From the NCBI RefSeq assembly GCF_009914755.1, contig NC_060941.1: a stretch of DNA of 64,000 nt. The stretch is one strand, 5' to 3'. The notes under the pieces were generated by a model. It was not told the DNA's origin and searched no databases. It saw nothing but the letters and a program-made list of their open reading frames with translations. Below are positions 57,442 to 64,000 of this stretch, piece after piece (position 1 is the stretch's first letter; each line of letters starts with the position of its first letter). Both the position numbers and the translations under genes were made by a program. This DNA comes from the human T2T-CHM13v2.0 reference genome, Homo sapiens.

Positions 57442-58066
57442 GAGGGAATGTAAACTACTACAACCACTGTGGAAAACAGTGTAGAGATTCTTTAAAGAAG
57501 TGAAAGTAGAACTACCATTTGATCCAGCAATCCCACTGCTAGGTATTTACCCAGAGGAAAAGAAGTCATTATACGAAAAAGATAACTTGCACACATATGT
57601 TTATCGCTATAAACAATTTGCAATTGCAAAAATATGGAACCAGCCAAAATGCCCATCAATCAACAAATGGATAAAGAAACTGTGATATATATATATATGA
57701 TGGAATACTACTCAGCCATAAAAAGGAATGAATTAATGGCATTCGCAGCAACCTGGATAGAACTGGAGAATATTATTCTGAGTGAAGTAGCTCAGGAATG
57801 GAAAACCAAACATCATATGTTCTCACTCATAAGTGTGAGCTAAGCTATGAGGATGCAAAGGCATAAGAATGATTCAATGGACTTGGGAGACCTCAGGGGA
57901 AAGGGTGGGAGGGGGGTGAGGGATAAAACTCTACAAATTGGGTTCCGTGTACACTGCTCAGGTGATGGGTGCACCAAAATCTCACAAATCACCACTGAAG
58001 AACTTACTCATGTAACCAAATACCACCAGTTCCCCCAAAAACCTATGGAAATAAATTAAAAAAAAA
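57442..58066 (+). mobile_element. L1PB1-type 3' end
   Basis: [16 protein letters not shown] peptide; L1PB 3' UTR gctaagctatgaggatgcaaaggcataag...ggaaataaa followed by an A tail. Confidence 0.88.
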
Positions 58067-59995
58067 TCTTATTCTTTTTTAACCACCACAACCCAATAAC
58101 TTTAAAAATAGAAAATTATCTGATATTATTTACCACTTTCAAAAGACTGACTAGGTTATGGTTTGTGTGTTTCCTCACCTAGTAATAGACTTTCAGAGAC
58201 ACATCTGACTGATAAATTAAATGCTCTGTATGCTGGTATTTGATAAGAATTTCATAGAGATTTGGAAAATGTGTGTGTGTGTGCACACATGCTCACAGGC
58301 AAACACTCATGTTCATGTATGAGAGAAGAGATTGATTTTCCTTAAAGCCCACTATAGGCTCTGTCCTACTTTCATACAAACAACATACTCAAATTTCCTC
58401 TGGGAAATTTCTGTGGGAAAATTGGCTTGTAAAATTTCAGCAATAGACTTAATTGTTACAAATTTCATTCCTAGGATACTGAGAAGCATAAAATTTCCAA
58501 TTGTAACTCACCTTTTAAAGTTGTCTTTAAAAGTATGAGATGAAAATACTCCTATGATATTTCCTTTTTTTTCTTTTTCTTCACAAGTAAACACATAGTC
58601 AATCTTCTTAAGTGTAAAATGTTTCCTATCAGGGCTAATGATTTCCAATTTATAGTGATTGAATTTCACTTAATCTAATAGAATCGCCCAGCATAGGAAA
58701 GCACAGCTCAAAACAATATGTGATGGAAACCATTAGAGTACAAAGCAGGGTGCTATGTGAGGTCAATAACATGTTGTGAAATTTTTGTTTCAGCTTTACA
58801 TATGCAGTGTATGCATTTACTGAGTCATGGGCAGAAACATTTGAAGGCCACCGCACCATGCAATGGCACAAAATGTCCACTCCACAAAAGAGGTGAGAAA
58901 ATTCAAATCTGGCATAAGAACAGGGGTTTAGGAGTGTCGACGTGTAGAAGTGCAAGAGGTCCAGGAACAAACAGGAAATTCCCAGTCAGCCCTAAAGAGA
59001 GGCTTCATTAGTTCATTGAGCACAGCCTTAGTGAGATGAGTAAAGAAGAGCAGGAAAATTCTCCCCAACTCCCCAGAGGAGAAACAATTGCCATAAGTGT
59101 CAGAAACATGTCAGAAAGAACCTAAATTACCTGGAATGAGCCATGTAAAATATATGGCACAAGTCAAGATCTTATTTCTTCTGTGACCTATAAATATTAC
59201 AGTATTTTTTGATAGAAAGGAATCTTTGAGTACTTCGGTAAATCACCTCATGGAGAAATCTACAACTACAATGTCCTTGTAATCTGTTCCTCTCTCACAA
59301 AATTTTAATTGAACCACACCAATGTCATTTAGGGTGACAGCAGGGGTGCGGTTGGGGACTGTGTGTGGTCTTTGCCTTGCAGACAAACTCCTAGTCTCTA
59401 AAGAGTATGAGGCAGACACTGGACAAGCTCCTAAAGACTTATTCCCTGGAACTGCTGGGCTGGAGGTGGCATCCCATCCTTATGTATTTAAGAATCTAGA
59501 GCTACCAGCACCCTAGCCCAAGGTATCTTCCCTCTAGAACTTCCTTCTACTCCTTTTCTTATTTGCCTGCCTGCTCTCCATACATAATAAACTCCAGATG
59601 ACTCCTTTATGCCTTTTTCCTCCTTATTCCACTTCTTGTTAAGGAGTTTCTCAAAAGAAAATGGATGTAGATGCAATTCACCCTCTCAGTTAAGACACTG
59701 CTCAGTGTTGGAGCAGTATAATGCTGACATGTTTTCCTTCTTAGCTTTTCTGTCATTAAAACTGGGCTCCTCTCTCCCCATGTATAACTCAACTCCTGCT
59801 TCTACCCACAGCTTGTGACTCCATAACTGTTGCAAACACAGACTTCCCTGCCCAGATAGTCCTCTTCCTCGGTTTCCTCCCAATAGTCCTCTTCCTCAAT
59901 TCTCCAAATAGTCTAATTAGAAGAGATTCCTCTCCCTTTCCAAATAATCCTCTTCCTTGATTTCCCCCTCCTGTTGTTGGCCAGCCTGTCAGACA

Positions 59996-59997
<2 letters not shown>

Positions 59998-60030
<33 letters not shown>
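59998..60030. repeat. (GAT)11 microsatellite
   Basis: Read directly. Confidence 0.95.
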
Positions 60031-60429
60031 CACCTCCTACTGATCTCCCCAGTGTTGACCTAGTCTTTGTAACATAAATTTTAGTTTACCCAGGACATCT
60101 CCATCTATACCTGTTGTCCCAGAGTCCCAGAGTGACTTTATTTTAATTATACCCCCTTTCACTTTCAAAAAAAATGTATAAAGCATCTCAGTGTGGAAAA
60201 GTTACCCTATCCAGTATCCTGCTCTGCCTGCTTGGTTAACTATTTTCTGGTGGTCTGCAGCTGGTCCATCCTTCAAGTCTATAATTCCAAATTGGCCTAG
60301 ACTCAACATCTCTTACTCCCAGCATCATCTCAAACATTACGAATGGAAAGCTCCCCTGGCAGGATGAATCTTAGAGAAAACTATGATGTTATCCTGGAGT
60401 CTATCTGACCCTATTTTTAGTGTTTCCCT

Positions 60430-61060
60430 ACATTAGGTATCTATTGCTGCATAACAAACCACTCTGAACTTAGTGATTTAAAACAACAATAGTCATTTAT
60501 TATCCCTTATAGTTTCTGTGATTCAGGAATTCAGCTCAGACGTGCTGGGGATAGCTTGTCTCTGTTTCATGATGCCTGGGGCCTAAGGTGGAAGATTCAA
60601 AGGTTGAAGATATCAAATATCTGGAATAATCTGAAAATTCATTTGCTCACATGTCTGGAGGTTGATGCTGGCTGTCAGCTGAGGGCCTCATTGTGTCTGT
60701 TGCCTAGAACACACCCATACATGGCCTCTCCATGTGACTGGGGCTTCCTTACAACATGGCGGCAGGACTCCCAGGGCAAGTATGCTGAGCCAGGTGGAGT
60801 CTGTATCCTTTATATGACGTAGACTCACTTAACTCTCAAGTCACATAGCATGACTTCCACCATATTACATTGATCAAGGAAGTTGCAACCCACTGCCAAG
60901 ATTCAAGAGCAAAGAACATTCGACTACTACCTTTACACTCCTTTTTGTAAGATGATCATATGATATGGCATCTATACATATATATGCACATGGAAACATA
61001 CACATGTATGTATACATATATGTGTATATATGTATATATTTGGGAAATATAATCAGCCAC
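60430..61060 (-). mobile_element. MLT1 (F/H-like) MaLR LTR
   Basis: tctattgctgcataacaaaccac...cttagtgatttaaaacaac...gttgatgctggctgtcagctg. Confidence 0.75.
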
Positions 61061-61239
61061 CCCTTCCAAGAACTCTGCCAACCATAGGCAAAGGGTCACC
61101 ATTCTTGTTACCCTCTTCTATCAAAATTTTCCTAGGATGAGTTCCCTGATATTGTGACCTGGGGGCGAGGCTTCTCTAATCAGAAATACTTTAATCCCTT
61201 ATAGTTGTGAGGTGTGTTACAGTTGCAAGATCTTTGCAT

Positions 61240-61670
61240 TTGGTCTTCACAACTCTGTGAAGCAGATAAGGCAGGCCTTATTCTCCCCATTTTACAGGTG
61301 AGAAAGGACATACCGAGAGGTAAATAATTTACTCAAAGTCGCAGAGCTGGGACTCAGTGCAGTCAGTGAGATGTGGCATCGGGTTTCTTTCCATTACCAA
61401 CCAACCTCTACGAACGGAAAAGCAGCACAGTACTGTAGTCTGAGCCCAGACTTTGGATTGGACAAGCCTGGCTTTGAGTCCTGGTTCTACAGCATCATGG
61501 CTTTGGACAAAGAGCTTCACTTCCCTGACTTTCAGTTTTCTTATCCTTGGAATGAAGGCAATACAACCTACCTCATGCGTTTAGTTCCTGCCATTAGATT
61601 AAATGATATTCGTGAAGTGCATAGGACATTGCCTAACACACCTTTGACCCCCAAACAGCACCTAAGAAGT
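61240..61670. mobile_element. Two MIR fragments in opposite orientation
   Basis: cccattttacaggtgag (minus) and gactttcagttttcttatc...agattaaatgata (plus). Confidence 0.55.
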
Positions 61671-62217
61671 TAATTTTAATAATGGTGTGTGACCTAACAG
61701 CTGATACACTACATTTAGAGCCAGGCTTTCTTAAAAAGATCTTGAAGAAGTAAACGCTGATCTGGGCCACAACAAACAAAAGATATTCTGCATCTGGGTA
61801 TAGGTGGGAACGATCCTCAAATCACATGGCAAGCCAATCATCTTAGATCTTTTTTCATAGCAAAATATTGTTCTTTTTCATAAGTTTGTAAATGAAACCT
61901 TAAAAAGGGCAACCAATTCTCAAACTCCTCTAAACAGACATTACTGAATGGGATATAGGCCAATATTAAATCTCCAGCTCAAAAGGCTGAATATAGAGGC
62001 TGCTGGGGTTGGGAGGTTTGCTTTGTTACACAGTGTGGGGATGGGTGCTACATAATGATCTTTGAGTGGGCCAAGCTTTGATGGCTGGGCAGAGCACAAG
62101 GTTAACACAATTGCCAGGCCTTCAGTAAGTTACCCTCAGATGCCATTTAAATGTAACTGTGTATGTATCCGTTTCTGTGATGGTGGACCCAGAGTCATTG
62201 AAAGGCCCTGCATTTTT

Positions 62218-63251
62218 TTTTTTAATTTTAAAATTCTTTAATCAATTTCCTAATTTTTCCACAATGCACAATTTCCATTTTAATTTTTCAAGGAATATAT
62301 TCATACAGCACAAAAAATGAAAAAGATATACAGAAAAGTCTCTCTCCTATCCCTGCTTTTCCATGCACCCAATTTCACACCCAGAAAACTGTTATTAGTT
62401 TCCTGTGTAAGCTTTCAAAATTAATTCATGCATAAATAAGATGAGTTAAATATACATTATCTATTCCTCCCTTTATACAAAAGACAATATGTTTTTTACT
62501 TTGCTTTTGTTTTGTTTTGTTTTGTTTTTTTAGCTGAACAATATATCTTGAGAACTTCCCATAGGAGTATATATTTTCTTTTATCTGTTATGCTGGATTC
62601 TGCCACGTGAATGTCTCTTTATTTTTTTGTTTGCTTATTTAAATAATTATTTGTAACTTAATTATTCTTACAATCAGAAAAGATAAAAGTATATGTTGGA
62701 GACAATGATGATAGTAGCAGATCCCACACACCTCAATATGTAGTGTGATTCCACTATTTTGGAAATAGGCAAATATAAATAACTAAAACTTACCCTACAA
62801 GAGTCCACATAGACCAATAACCATGGAAAAATGCTAGGAAATAACAAATATATTTCTCTTATGGGCTAGCCCAGAGGAAGAGCCTTTAGAGTAGTAGACT
62901 CCCCAAAAAGGTCCGGTGTGCCTCCCCTCTACCACACCATGGTTTATGAAGTGACACCATCCTCTTTCCCTCCTCCCCATTTTGTTAATCTATTTCCTGG
63001 TCACACCCTACCTCTGACCTTCTTCTCCAGCTATACGTGCTCCTGGGTCATTGCTGCTGCTTCCATGAATTTAATTATCATCCACGGGTTAGCAAGACAC
63101 ACATTCTTGTCTCCAGTCCAGGTAGCTTCAGCACAATCACCCATGTGTGTGCACCGACAACCACACAGGTAGTGTCTGAGTCACCTAAGGAAAGAAACCC
63201 ACTCAACCTCACCCAAGTGAAAAATGGGGGTTATGGAAGAATGCAGGGATG
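62218..63251 (-). other. TSD-flanked polyadenylated retroposed insert (orphan transduction or non-coding retrocopy)
   Basis: 18-bp direct repeat gaaaggccctgcattttt at 62200-62217 and 63252-63269; T11 at 62213-62223; minus-strand ATTAAA at 62237-62242. Confidence 0.75.
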
Positions 63252-64000
63252 GAAAGGCCCTGCATTTTTCTCTCATTGTTTCAAGAAAATGTTCTTGAGT
63301 GTTCTACCCACAAAGGCAGTCTGATATTTGCCATTAATGAGAGGCAAGTGAAGGGGCTAAATTAATCAGTGCTTATAGTTCCTGAGAGTTATGCCATGAG
63401 GGTAGGGGAGAGCCTCACTTTAGAGTCCTAGAAGTTGCTTTGTAGACTCAGAAAGAGCTATTTTGCTGGTGTTCAGAAACAGTTTTCCATTTTTTTTCTG
63501 CCCATCACTTAGGTCTGACTAGAAGGCCTCTAATTCTGCTTCCAAGGCCAAAAGGACAGCAGATTCGCTCATAAGAAAACCCAAGGGATACTTAAAATTT
63601 ACGAGCCAGTCCTCAGCTCCTTACCAGTGTGAAGTTCTCATTCACGTCAGCAGGAAGCTAGCCTACAGGGCAGGGCATCTCAATTGAGTTCTTTCTCTGC
63701 TTTGCTGGTTCAGAATCAAACTTGCCCTGTGGCTGCTTTAAGTGTTGATGTCTTGGCATCCAAAAGCAGGGAGACAGCTCCGTTTCTCCTGGCGCCTGGA
63801 GCCCATGCTTCAGGGCAGCTTACCCTCCTCCCTTCGGGATTGCTTTGGAATCCTCACTGTTTATAAAGGAAGCCCACATTGGCCCCGTTGTAATGTGTGG
63901 CACTCTTCACTCAATAGCAATGGGGAGTTCAAAACGTCTTAAGTGACCCTCCAGGGTAACCAAAATCCCAAATCCCTAATATGGAGTAACTGTTTCTGCC

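Noticed and set aside
57896-57922. G-quadruplex-like tract
   Set aside because: This is the standard polypurine tract of the L1 3' UTR, not a locus-specific feature.

Overview
This is primate, almost certainly human, genomic DNA: AT-rich, CpG-depleted and full of Alu, L1, MIR, L2, MaLR/ERVL LTRs and DNA transposon fossils. The only coding sequence I can support is a 41-nt + strand internal exon at 2075-2115 encoding RLLFKDRHFTCSK(I). From memory I recognise this as the N-terminal region of ANKFN1, so the rest of the window appears to be intron. The other ORF-track entries are decayed L1 ORF2 pieces, Alu frames or chance ORFs. I found no new gene system. The main signals are structural: (1) a ~1.03 kb polyadenylated insert between perfect 18-bp target-site duplications (TSDs) with no young retroelement inside (62200-63269), an orphan transduction or retrocopy candidate; (2) an L1PA 3' transduction carrying ~525 bp of extra DNA inside a 19-bp TSD (49459-50932); (3) a tailless 40-nt U2 snRNA retrocopy; (4) a tandem duplication of part of an AluJ with templated junction filler; (5) an ~88-bp inverted repeat upstream of the exon; (6) a nested MER63 > L1 > MADE1/Alu stack; and (7) a complete antisense MLT2A solo LTR. 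Repeat subfamily names come from my recall of consensus sequences and need RepeatMasker/Dfam confirmation. Boundaries of old repeats are approximate.
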